Part shown: positions 1 through 10,936 of the stretch, piece after piece
Numbering within the stretch: the first letter of the stretch is position 1
How the letters are laid out: every line of letters begins with the position of its first letter
From: Paraspadella gotoi
Lineage: Eukaryota > Animalia > Chaetognatha
Direction of reading: 5' to 3'
Assembly: GCA_051294375.1 (NCBI GenBank)
Contig: CM119265.1
Span: 3,161,640-3,225,639, forward strand
Length of the DNA: 64,000 bases
Position numbers and translations under genes: made by a program
The notes under the pieces: model-generated
The model's input: only the letters and a program-made list of their open reading frames with translations
What the model was told of the DNA's origin: nothing
Databases searched by the model: none

Positions 1-1505
1 TAAAATACTTAAAAATATACAAAACAGTGTAAGAGCAACGACTACAGAGTCTAATCCGTACTCGCGGGCGAAATGTCTCTCTTCCTCAACTTATCTTTCT
101 GACTTCGTATCTTCATTTTTGTGTGCGCCATTTTTTATTCAAAGAACATCGAGTTTTTATTCAGATGCGACGCTTTTTCTTTTTATTATTTGTACTTGAT
201 GTATTACGCTTCCAATAAGGGAGTGATAAAAAGTCATAATAATAGCATTGTGAAAATTAATAAATGGCTTAATAGTATAAGTGGATATCCTATTAAATGG
301 ATTAGTTTTTTTTTTCATTTAAAGGCGACGGTTTAATATAAATAATAGACTAGATATTAGTTTATTAAAAGTCTTAAACCCTTTGTCTGGATTAATCATC
401 CGATTTTGAAATTTGATATTAGATGGGATTATTTATGTGATAAAGCTTGTTGCCAGAAAACACGTTTTAAAGCCGAAGATTTGAGTCTGCTGAGGCAACT
501 CAATTTCATAAAACACCTATAAATTGAATAAAATAATGTTAAGTAAAGTGCGCGAGTCCTGAGTTAGCAAATCAGTTGCTTCGTTCACCGGTCGATCGCC
601 CGTCTGCTTATTCGATTGGCTCTTGAAATAACTTTGAGACTTGCGAAGTTTAATAATGATGAATGATTCAAGTAGGAATTTGACCAACGAAATATTATCA
701 CTTTTGCTTCGAAAAGTAGTATTTTTATTCGTAAAATGACATCTGAACTAGATAAATAACAGCCAAACCAGTATTTTAATTGTACTAATTTCAATTCAAC
801 TTTCCACTTGCATACAGTGCAGTGAGTTAGTGTCAGCAGAAGTAGTAATGATTGTGCAGTTGCTGAATGGGAGGAAATTCATTAACGCGAAATTAGAATT
901 AGAAGATTTCATAAAATTAGCTCCAGAAATACTAGATTTTCGATTGTAAACGACACAAAAGTTTTATGTTATATGTTACTAAAATTTGAATTGATGTTGA
1001 AAATTAAATGTTTAATGTTTAATTCGGTTAAAAAACTTTCCGAAAATTCCAAAAAATTCCAAAAAATACTTTCATATGTAAATTAGATATTTGGAGATTA
1101 AGTCCACACGAAAGAATTCCATGGAGAAACTTTCGGAGCGTTCATCCGGAAAAACAAAAGAAAGAGAGAGAGCGAGAGAAAGAGAAGGAGAGAAAAAGAG
1201 AGAGAGAGAGAGCGCGAGAAAAAAAGAGAGAAAAACTAAAAAACTTCTATGGGTATTTTATTATGTAAAAGTAAATAATATAACAAAGTATTTTTAAAAG
1301 AACACATTTACTTTTACCAACGGGTATATCATATGTAAAGATTAAAACGTTTATAAATAAAATTTGTTGAACATTAATATCGTTTTATGAAAATTTAACG
1401 CATATATTTTTACATATGAAAGAAGCAATATATTTCGATAAATGTTCCTTCACAATAATTCCAATATATTAGAGAAAAAAAAGGGAGAGGGAGGGGGAGT
1501 AAAAG

Positions 1506-1568
<63 letters not shown>

Positions 1569-2439
1569 ATCTTTTTGACTCATAAAACGCGACTCAAATT
1601 TCGTTTGTCAAAAATCCGAGAATCCAATTGTAACTTTTAACAAAGCGACGATCGAAGCGTCGGCCATTTTGACCCTAATTTTAATCTTGGATTAAGTTTG
1701 ATCCAATTTAATTCTTTTTTCAAATTTAATCTCATTTTGAACCATGTTTTTTTGTATTAATTTATTAATTCGTTTCGGACGAGACTCGAATTTTTTTTCG
1801 GTCGTCGGGGCAAAGTTAAGAAACGAAAAATTGAGAAAATCGGGTGAAAAAAAGATTTTTTTCAAAAAAAGCTTTTTAATTTTGTGGAAAAAAAAAAAGA
1901 GAAAATCTAAAATTAAATCAAAATGAAAATCTAAAATTAAATCAAAATGTAAATCTAAATTACGGTCGAGAAGATTCAATGTTAATCGAATGAAAAGAAT
2001 CAAACGAATCGACTTTTTTGGAAATTAAATTAAATTAAAACCGATTGGTTATGAAAAGAATACATTCCCGAATTTATAAAATAAACCCATCCCACCGGAA
2101 AATAGATTCGATTCGGTTAAACCTTCAAAAAATCGAATTCGCCGAAAAAAAATATTCACCGAAATTTCACGCGAGCGTCGATCGTGAATTGACGCGTGAA
2201 CATCCTCACCACGACGGCGATAGAGCGGTAACCTCTCTCTCTCTATATATATATATCTCTCTCTCTTTGACGATCCTTAGGTTTGATACTTCCGCTTGAC
2301 CGATTAATGTTCTTCATGAAAAACAGAGATATGGCGTCTAATTTAAATTTTTAAAATTGTTAACCGAGACGAATAACGATTTTTTGTCTTTTATTTTTCC
2401 TTTTTCATTTTTTATTGCAAGGTCGATGGCTATAAACAG

Positions 2440-2499
<60 letters not shown>

Positions 2500-3074
2500 A
2501 ATTACTCTCTCGCTTCAATGCCTTTTCCAGGTCGACCTCTTCATTTTTCAACCCCCAAAATTTTTCATGTTGATTTCCATATTTTTTGTTGAGAAACAAA
2601 AGACGCCACGCGTTTAAGTCGGTGACCGAGAGACGACGACACCAGATACTAAACCAAGAGAATCGATACGACGAAAGGATGAACGATATCTGGTTTTTAA
2701 ATTTAATTTTGAAACTAGTCAATTTATAAACCCCAAGTTCAAGAATGTATTTGTAAATCGAATTTTAATTCTACAAAATTCTAGTAAGCGATGCCAAAAG
2801 TACAAAATATATAAGAGACAGAAAAGCTAAATCCATAAAGGTAATTTTCGTAGAATAAAAATAGGCCATAAATAATAAAATATTTGTTCTACATATATAG
2901 TAAACTGAGAAAATTTTTTTACAAAATGAGCACCGTGAAAACGACCCCTTTTAACTTTAGAATGTTTTCGATAATTTCCCGCTCGAGACAAAATGCTTAG
3001 AACTTCATTACCCCTACTAATGAAAACGCTTTTTTCCGTTTTTGAATGTAATTATCCGTGTTGCCCAATCCCTT

Positions 3075-3905
3075 TTAAACTCTCTCCCACATTCGGACAT
3101 TCCTCAGACTTGTCCACCCATTTCCCCTTTGACTGTTCAACGCTCTGATCCCCAGACACTTGAACTTTTCCTCGATCTCTCCCTTCACCGCGCAATATCT
3201 CACTTCCCAATGATCCTGCCAGCTTCGTTCGTCGCGATCTTCGCACAAAATCGTCCAAACTGCGGCGAATTCGTCGCAGTTTTCGTCGTTGCTGCCGACG
3301 AACTGGTAGGACGAGGGCGCCTCTTGAGCGTTGGATCCGGTCAACGCGGGTTGAAAGGAAACTTGAGCTGGACGATGAGACGTGGTGCCGAAATGGAACC
3401 AGATCATTGCGGGAAGGTTGACGTTAGTGCGCCAGCCTTTGCCGACGACCATCTGCTTTTGAAATGCTGTGGCAATTTGCCAATCGTTGCTGACGCTTGA
3501 GGCCTTTGGGACTCCATTATCGAATGAAATCTCTCTCATGCGAAAGACTGAAAGTTATTAAAAAAGTAAGATTGGTTAAACCAATATATCAAATTATACA
3601 TTCATTTAATAAAGAAGATATATTGCCCCTGACTTTGGAAATAAACTGCAAGCTTTCAATCTAGACACTGTTTATTAACTCATAAAGTGGTTGACTTAAC
3701 TGTCAATGAGAAAAGGATCATTGCTTTTGATCGGGTAAACTACGGAGTTGAACAATATGAAATTAATTCAACCCATAAAAAAATTCATTCAAAATTAATA
3801 AAAAGTTTTTTCTTCACCGGTGTTTGTCGTGTTTCCAATGGCAACCTTCGATCCATCGCAAATCGTAATAAAGACGAAGGCACAAACCAAAACAGTTTGC
3901 ATCAT
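3075..3905 (-). CDS. Secreted F5/8-type C (discoidin/galactose-binding-like) domain protein, paralog 1; exons 3905-3818 and 3547-3075, 186 aa
   Basis: Exon 1 MMQTVLVCAFVFITICDGSKVAIGNTTNT looks like a signal peptide and ends G|GTGAAG. Acceptor tttcag at 3549-3548. The phase-1 join gives V-F-R-MREISF..., continuing the 154-aa ORF. Motifs LP.MIW..F, P...QFVGSND..CD...WT.LC and KFKCLG.R..SLRN.RMW are shared with two neighbouring paralogs. Domain assigned by motif resemblance only. Confidence 0.85.
3575..3690 (-). repeat. Internally deleted copy of repeat family B (the twister-bearing family) in the paralog 1 intron
   Basis: aaccaatata...cattcatttaataaa...ttgcccctgactttgga then ctgcaagctttcaatc matches 10317-10375 and 10434-10449. 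The segment holding most of the ribozyme is missing. Confidence 0.7.
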
Positions 3906-4354
3906 TTTTAGCTTTAAGAAAATCCGTTAAATTGAAGTGAAATAACGTAAATGTTAAAGTAAACGTTAGAACTACAGAAAATGATATTAGAAAATGAAAG
4001 GCAGTTTTTTCGGACCCAGAATCGGTTCCGCACAAACTACTCGATCAAATTTATTAAAATTTAGCATGAAGGTAAGCTTTGGCTATACAAATAGAACTAT
4101 CGAGGGAAATTTTGATATTCAACCCTTGAGAGGAGATACAGGGCCCCGAGTTTGAACCCCCCACAGGGTGAAAAAAGCCAATTTTTTTTTCTTTTAGGAA
4201 TTTATTTGCAGCATCAGTTGCATTTATGTGACATGAACCGCTGATGCTCATGGACATAAAAATTAGGGTTTAGTTTTTTGGTAGTTATATACGTTTTTAA
4301 TGCTGAATAAACGTCTATGCAACTGTTCAAAACTAAAATATTGGTCCAGTTAAA

Positions 4355-4570
4355 GAGGCTGGTTTTATAGGGCGCCACACCTGCAGCGGTGTCACCTCGT
4401 GGCGACAGCGAGACAGCATGTTCATGTAGTCCAGAGCTTTGGATCTGGCAGTAGGCCCATGCCTACAGGCGGGTTACCGGGTCCATCCCACTTTCTACAT
4501 GACAACCTCAGGGCTCGAACCAGGGACGCACATTGGGATGGTGCATTAGTCCACTGAGTCACTGAGGCGC
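4355..4570 (-). mobile_element. tRNA-derived SINE-like element (family C) carrying a twister ribozyme
   Basis: Minus-strand A box TGACTCAGTGG (4561-4551) and B box GGTTCGAGCCC (4521-4511), followed directly by the ribozyme and a GC-rich 3' body. Ends are approximate. Confidence 0.7.
4422..4502 (-). ncRNA. Twister ribozyme, type-P5 permutation (family C)
   Basis: RNA: UCAUGUAG-AAAGUGG-GA-UGGA-CCCGG-U^AA-CCC-GC-C-U-GUAGGC-AUGG-GCCUAC-U-G-CCAGA-UCCA-AA-GC-UCUGG-A-CUACAUGA. P5 UCAUGUAG/CUACAUGA, P3 GUAGGC/GCCUAC, P4 CCAGA/UCUGG, T1 UCCA/UGGA, T2 GC/GC. Predicted cleavage between 4476 and 4475. Confidence 0.85.
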
Positions 4571-4709
4571 TGCGAAAGAAACAGCTTTAATCCATCTGTG
4601 GTGATAGGACCACCAGACCGTAGTTATTCCGGAAACGATTCTCTGCCCAAAAAACAGCGTATCGTTTTATAACAATTAATATATAGATAATAATTAATAT
4701 ATATAATAT

Positions 4710-4897
4710 GGTGGACTAAAATTGGTGCCGGAGGCAAGTCATTCGCCTCCCAACCCAAAGGTCACGGGTTCTAGCCCGGTGGTCGACTAGCGGACGGGGC
4801 GCTTAACCCGCCTGTTACATGGTGTTACAGCCTGATCCGAAGCTCAGGGACTGCTTACATTGGCACTAACACATAACAATAATTACTGTCTCTTCAA
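4710..4897 (+). mobile_element. tRNA-derived SINE-like element (family A) with a degenerate twister ribozyme (4788-4855)
   Basis: tRNA-like head with B box GGTTCTAGCCC (~4767-4777). The body 4792-4897 is nearly identical to 7282-7397 but lacks 9 nt (agttaagag) of the P5/P2 strand. It is flanked by similar aatatatataata tracts (possible TSD). Confidence 0.7.
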
Positions 4898-6346
4898 TAA
4901 TATATAATATATATAATAATTAATATGAAGCCTTCTATTTTTAGAATTTGTTTTATTGCAGGAAAACTTGTACAAAATATGATTAACATTTTACATAACT
5001 AACTGATATATACTTTCCGGTTTCGTTCTGGTAAGTTAAAAAAATTTAGCGTCACTGAAGGGACAATTTCGCCTTCAAAAGGCAAATCATACAATTCATC
5101 AACTTAATTTTATGTACTAAAATTGGCTTTACTAATGCGTCGAAATGAATTTATCTGACTTTGTTTAAAACAGTCTGTGTCAAAATTCAAAAATCAATGC
5201 GAGACAACAATCACCGAAAGCTTTATATTTATTCTATGTTCGATCCTCAACTGAAATAAAATGAAGAAAAACTCTTTTGTCACAAAAACCTCCTGACTTT
5301 TTCTCACTGCATTATGAGTGAGTTTAAAAGAAGTTAAAATAATTAAGCCTACAGCTAATGCGTAAAACAATTTGAAGAAGGCTAAAATATTTATAATATT
5401 ATAGTAATAATAATTATAATAATAATTTTTCGTACATATGTCATCATTATTTTTTACTGTCTGTGGGGACTAAAATCTACCCTGATCCTAAACCAGTGAT
5501 GCTGAGGCGATCCAGGAACCGAAAGCGAATACAGTGGAAGCGGCAAATTTATTAAAGAAGCGAAAGCGGAAGCGATAGGAAATTGGAAAATTTAATGATT
5601 TACTGATGAAAGGGTTGTAAAAAAATTTATTCAGCTTTTTTTAAGCAATTAAACATTTTTTGTGTGATGATTTTACAATCAATTTACAATTTAACATACT
5701 TTTTATTAACTTTGTCTTTATCTCTCAAGTTTGGTTTTAACATTAGGCTGATTTTAAAGATACTTTGATCAATAATATCATTCTATATTTAACAAGCATA
5801 TTTTGGTAATACTTCATGAGCGACAAAAATGTCAAAATGACAATGATTTATGAGCGTCAATCAAACCTAATTTTTTACTATAACTTTCACCAATTACTAA
5901 AATAAAAAAAATAGTACATATGTTATCCTTTATTAGTTTTTTTATAATTAGTGATCTTGGTATTTACACTGTTACTAAGGATATCACAATATAGTAAAAA
6001 TAGCTTAATTGACCAAATTGTATTGTTTTAATAAAAATGCGCAAAGAAAAAGAATTTAGTGCCCAAAAAGTGTTTGTAGTATAGGAAAAGCATAGATTTT
6101 GTCGCTCATCATTGGTTGGAAAATTCATAATTTTCATTTTATTTTTCTTTTCGAATTTTGTATAAAATCCAATTATCTATATTTACCTTACTTTAATTTC
6201 TGGTATAAGCTTAAACAATATTTGTTTACTTTTTATCGGTTATTTCTCCTGTATTTTAATAATAATATAACGATTTCATTCCTTTGTTTTCAACCAATAG
6301 CATGTGTTCTTTCAATAAGTCGGATAATCATTAGGAATATCTATAC

Positions 6347-6997
6347 TCAGTTTTCTACAACTTCCCACATTCTGATGTTTCTCAAGCTGGTATATCCATC
6401 ACTCCCGGTCATTCTACTTTTCAAAACTCTCAGTCCTAAACATCTGAACTTTTCTTTAATTTTTTCCGGATCCACAGTGCAATACCTCGCCTCATAGAAG
6501 TCAGACCAATGAGTATGCTTTAAATTTTGGCACAAAACAGTCCATGAGCTCGTTTTTTCGTCACACGTTTTGTCATTGCTACCGACAAACTCAAATTCAG
6601 TTGGGGTTCTTCTAAGACTACTTCCACTATCGCCCGGCTGAAATGATATCTGTTTGGGGCGGTAGGATCTTGAGGAAAAGTCGTACCATATCATAACAGG
6701 GAGGGTTCTTCCGTAGGAGGCTACCATCCATCCGTTCCCTGAAGACCGGTCAATGAAACCGTACTTTGCCAACCTAGCAGAGCTGTATTCACTAGATGCC
6801 TTTGCGAAGCCATCCGTTATTGGAATCTCCCTCATTTGATAAACTAGATAGATGAAAATTGATTAGGTTTAATGAGACAAAAAATATAAAAAAAACGCTT
6901 TACCTGGAAAAGGACCAGTTTGAGCAGTGATAACCTCTGGTTGTTGAGCAGAAATACCGACAATATAACCCAAAATTGTCAAGACTGAAATGAGCAT
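6347..6997 (-). CDS. Secreted F5/8-type C (discoidin-like) domain protein, paralog 2; exons 6997-6904 and 6843-6347, 196 aa
   Basis: Exon 1 MLISVLTILGYIVGISAQQPEVITAQTGPFP looks like a signal peptide and ends G|GTAAAG. A 60-bp GT-AG intron (6903-6844) gives a phase-1 join V-Y-Q-MREIP... into the 162-aa ORF. Four Cys are conserved with the paralogs. Confidence 0.9.
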
Positions 6998-7261
6998 CTT
7001 TGAATATATTTTTGAATGTACAAAGCAACTCGATTTATATAATTCAACTGAAAAAAAAATTAAGTAGGCCATCAAAAAACTTCATTTTCTCGAACCTTCT
7101 TTCTGCCCTCTCTCTCTTTTATGTACCCTTGTTCCCTTTATTATACTTGCCTCTCTATTTCCATCACATATTTTCAATTTACTTACCTCTTTACCCAGAT
7201 GAGAGCATAGATAGAGACTAACCAAAGCTTGATAGATACTTTCAGAATGGCGCCCAATTAG

Positions 7262-7397
7262 GATCGCCTAGCAGTTAAGAGGGACGGGGCGCTTAACCCG
7301 CCTGTAACACGGTGTTACAGCCTGATCCGAAGCTCAGGAACTGCTTACATTGAACGGTTCTGTCACTAACAAATAACAATAATTACTGACTCTTCAA
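7262..7397 (+). mobile_element. 5'-truncated family A SINE copy in the putative 5'-UTR intron of paralog 2 (antisense to the gene)
   Basis: Shares ggacggggcgcttaacccgcc...ctgcttacattg...cactaac.ataacaataattactg.ctcttcaa with 4792-4897. No tRNA head is visible. Confidence 0.75.
7270..7345 (+). ncRNA. Twister ribozyme, type-P5 permutation (family A, intact)
   Basis: RNA: AGCAGUU-AAGAGG-GA-CGG-GGCGCU-U^AA-CCC-GC-C-UGUAAC-ACGGU-GUUACA-G-CCUGA-UCCG-AA-GC-UCAGG-AACUGCU. P5 7 bp, P3 6 bp, P4 5 bp, T1 CCG/CGG, T2 GC/GC. Predicted cleavage 7294^7295. Confidence 0.87.
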
Positions 7398-7495
7398 ACA
7401 CATCTATAACTAAAACAAATAATCTTACAATCATTGAATAAAATATATTTTTTAATACACGTAAAAGCATTTTTAAATGACAACACGATACTTAC

Positions 7496-7629
7496 TTGAA
7501 AGAAAATCGAAATGAGACTTGAAAGAAAAAAAAAACACTTTTGAGTTGTCATTGTGGTATCAATGACACGACGCTTATATACTGAAGACCGGGGACTGGG
7601 GACTGGGGAGGGAGGAAGAAATTGACTCA
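7496..7629 (-). promoter_or_regulatory. Putative promoter and non-coding first exon of paralog 2
   Basis: Minus-strand TATATAAG at 7581-7574, AP-1-like TGAGTCA at 7629-7623, donor CAA|GTAAGT at 7496/7495, and a matching acceptor ttttttttcag at 7049-7048 about 50 nt upstream of the ATG. Confidence 0.5.
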
Positions 7630-7866
7630 TTAGGTAAGAATTGTTGATCGAGAACAGAGACGTGGGAACCGGTTGAATTATTGGTAGAGTTGATGATTGA
7701 TTATTAAAGAAACAATGGAGGAGTTTGTTTTTGCCTGAGAGTCTCGAAAATACTTATTGAAAATCAAGTCATGGCTTTGTCATTGCTTAGTAAGCTTACT
7801 TAGTAAGCTCAATGCTTTACGGCGGAATCATAATCTAAAAGTCGTCATCGCCAACTCCTCCGTTCT

Positions 7867-7895
<29 letters not shown>

Positions 7896-7946
<51 letters not shown>

Positions 7947-8019
7947 ATTACTTAATTACTTAATTACTTACTTACTTACTTATTACTTACTTAATTACTT
8001 ACTTAATTACTTAACTTAA

Positions 8020-8054
<35 letters not shown>

Positions 8055-8064
8055 ACTTACTTAC

Positions 8065-8112
<48 letters not shown>
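7896..8112. repeat. (TTAC)n microsatellite
   Basis: Directly visible tandem ttac/taat units. Confidence 0.95.
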
Positions 8113-9460
8113 GAGGGAACCTCTGGATCATAATCGTAAAAAAAAAAGTTTGAGCAAATAATGCCGCATCATTAGGCGGTCATCAAGTTATAATTTATGA
8201 AACAATTTTTTTTTAATTACTAGAATTTAATATAATATTCTTAATTAATAAGTTTTTTACCCTTAATTGCCTCCTAAAAAAAAGAAACAAAACTAAATAG
8301 TGAAATAGCGGAGCAGATTTTGAATTTCAAACTTTCACTTAATCCAAATAAGCAGATCCAGTAAAAACCAGGGGGGCGAAATATTTTCTCACAGAGTCAA
8401 ACTTTTGCTTTCAAAATTATGACGAGTAAGGAAGAAAGTATAGATAAGGCTGACTATATTTATATTAGTATAGAAATAATAATAAAACTTTAAGTCACAA
8501 TTATGATGTTAATAATCCTAATGATATTGTTAATAATGGTTACAAACTAAAAGTTTGCCTCTATTGTCTTGTCTATTTTATATGATAATTTTTCGTTATT
8601 TGCATTAACCCATTTTTCATGGTCCGTGGAGCCTAAAAATAAAACCATACTAACTTATAACTTTAAACTCAACCGTAACAATCTATATCAATCTATAAAA
8701 ATCTATCTTTATCTAAACCTAACCCAAAATCCTAACCTTAACCTAACAAAATCGAAATGTAACGCAAAATGTAGCTCAACAACGCTTCGTAGTCGAAGTT
8801 TGTAATTTTTAAGATAAGGTAACAACGACTAAAACAACGACAACCAATTCAATTGATCTCTGAACGACCGGTTTTCAAACTGAGATCTCTCGAACCTCAA
8901 TTTAGTTTCCCTCACTTTCTTTTGAATTTCTCTATTATTTTTTGACGAAACAGAGAAGTATAATTTGTTTAAATATATATTGCAAAAAGAAAATAAAAAG
9001 GCTTTGGCTTCTACTGCCTAATTAAATAATTTTTCTATGTTTCAAATTTAGGCTTATTGAAAATAAAGACTTTAATTGAAAAACTTTCTTTTTAATTTAT
9101 ATATTTATATATATTTCCCGTTCACAAATATACTTATAACAATGTTTTCGGAAAGTTTTTCATTAAAAATAACAAAACAAAAACCCCAAAAAACAACAAA
9201 TAAAAAAAACTCCCAAAAAACCCAAAAAACAAACAACCAAAAAGTTTTTTTCATACTTGATGTACAGGCAACTGATATGTACAATAAAAGAAAGTAATAA
9301 TAATATTTGATAAGCTTAAAATTGTTATGATTTATATTGATTTTGTATGTCTCGACATTGCATTTTTCAAGATTTATAAAGAAAACCTCATAAAGAAGAA
9401 ATTGATGTCAATTTTTTTTTACATTTAATAAAGTTTCAGCATTTAATTTTAGTATTTTAT

Positions 9461-10936
9461 TTAGTTTTCTACGAACCCCCACATTCTGATATTTCTTATA
9501 GAAACCAACCCATCGCTGTGCCTATTCTTCAACACTCTGATTCCCAGACATTTGAACTTTTCATTGACGTTTTCCGGCTTCACATAACAATACTTAATTT
9601 CCCACTCATTTCTGTAAGGGGTGTCGCTCAGCTCTTCGCACAAAACTGTCCAAACGCCAGTGAATTCATCGCAATCTTCATCGTTGCTTCCGAGAAGCTC
9701 AAAGAAGTTGGGGCTCGTTGTATATGAGTTTTTTGAGCAGGCTGAACCGACACCCTGGCAGGACGATAAGACCTCTCGCCAAAGTCGTACCAAATCATTA
9801 GCGGCAGGTTTTGGTGAGCAGGGTTTGCGGCCCATCCATTCTCTGGACTCTGTTGCTTTAAGAAAGCAATCTCGGCTTTCCAGTTCCCGTTGAATTCACT
9901 CGTGGCTTTGGCAACTCCATTTTGGAATTGTATCTCTCTCATTCGAAGGACTTAAATATAGAATAAACGATAATGATTGTGTATTAAGGCGTAGTAAAAT
10001 TTCTAAATTTAACTTTAATTAAAATTCTAAAAGTGAGGAACGAACAACATTATACTAATGAACATTTATGTATAAAAAAATTCTTAATAAATTTTACAAT
10101 TTACGCAGTAGGCCATATTTATACTAGTACTAATCCAATAAATATTAAAATTTCAAAACAGTTTTTTAAAAAAATTTTTGCAGATTTGGATTCGTCATAA
10201 AAAGTTGATAAAAAGAAATATAACTCTTTTTAAAAAATTACTTCATTAAGTGGGTCAAAAATTAGAAAAAGCTATATTTTAAGCTGAAAATTATTTTTTT
10301 ATATGAAATTGGTACAACCAATATAAAAATTATCCATTCATTTAATAAATAAGCTATCTTGCCCCTGACTTTGGACAGGCTTTGGTGGTTTAAGGCCTCC
10401 ATCACTCTTACAAGATAATGACATGGCAGGTCCCTGCAAGCTTTCAATCAATACTTTCTCACAGTCTCGTTTATTCACTCCCAGAGTACCTGGCTTTCCT
10501 ATCAATGAAGTTTTATAATATAGTTTTTTTATAATATAGTTTTTTAAATTTTTAACCCACTTAATGAAAGAATTTTTAAAAATAATTAATATTTTCTTCT
10601 GTTAACTTTTGACGAGGAATTCAAATCTGCAATCAAAATTAAGAAAAGCCTATTTTGAAATTTTTCGATTTTATAAGGATAGTACAATATATAAATATAG
10701 CCTACTACGAAAATTAAAAAACATAAAATTAATTTTTTTTATAAATTAATGTTCATTGATGGTATGTTGTTCATAATTTACTGTGTATTATTACATGAAT
10801 TAAGTTCAATTAAGTTTTTAAAAATACTTAATATAATTTTACCTGGAAATGGTCGCATTTCATCCGCGTTTGCTTCATTTTTCCTCCCAATTATTATCAC
10901 GACAGAAGTAAGAATCATCCAAATAGAAAACGACAT
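9461..10936 (-). CDS. Secreted F5/8-type C (discoidin-like) domain protein, paralog 3; exons 10936-10843 and 9950-9461; one apparent 1-nt deletion near 9701-9703 (194 aa if corrected)
   Basis: Exon 1 MSFSIWMILTSVVIIIGRKNEANADEMRPFP is 94 nt with the same length and PFP-G|GT end as paralog 2. Acceptor tttaag at 9952-9951. Homology switches from ORF 9628..9942 to ORF 9461..9835 at RAPTS/FELLGSND. Confidence 0.8.
10302..10510 (-). mobile_element. Interspersed repeat family B (twister-bearing)
   Basis: Near-identical to 19987-20195, with fragments at 3575-3690, 16918-16968, 38695-38900 and 47565-47755. Confidence 0.85.
10354..10418 (-). ncRNA. Twister ribozyme, type-P5 permutation lacking P3 (family B), sense to the paralog 3 pre-mRNA
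   Basis: RNA: UUAUCUUGU-AAGAGU-GA-UGG-AGGCCU-U^AA-ACC-AC-C-AAA-G-CCUG-UCCA-AA-GU-CAGG-G-GCAAGAUAG. P5 9 bp, P4 CCUG/CAGG, T1 UCCA/UGGA, T2 AC/GU (compensatory versus GC/GC), P2 AC/GU (versus CC/GG). Predicted cleavage between 10392 and 10391. Confidence 0.82.

Larger units (their letters stand above)
10095..10715. mobile_element. Foldback/MITE-like element in the paralog 3 intron, interrupted centrally by a family B repeat
   Basis: Imperfect ~190-bp inverted arms, e.g. gtaggccatatttata...gcagatttggatt...ttcattaagtgggtcaaaa versus ttttaacccacttaatgaa...aattcaaatctgc...tataaatatagcctac. Same family as 20985-21385. Confidence 0.65.

Noticed and set aside
3042-3500. 152-aa plus-strand ORF
   Set aside because: Antisense shadow of the paralog 1 exon; not conserved in the other paralogs
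4500-4570. Functional tRNA gene
   Set aside because: A and B boxes are present but I could not form a complete cloverleaf or acceptor stem; it continues into a repeat body, so it is treated as a SINE head
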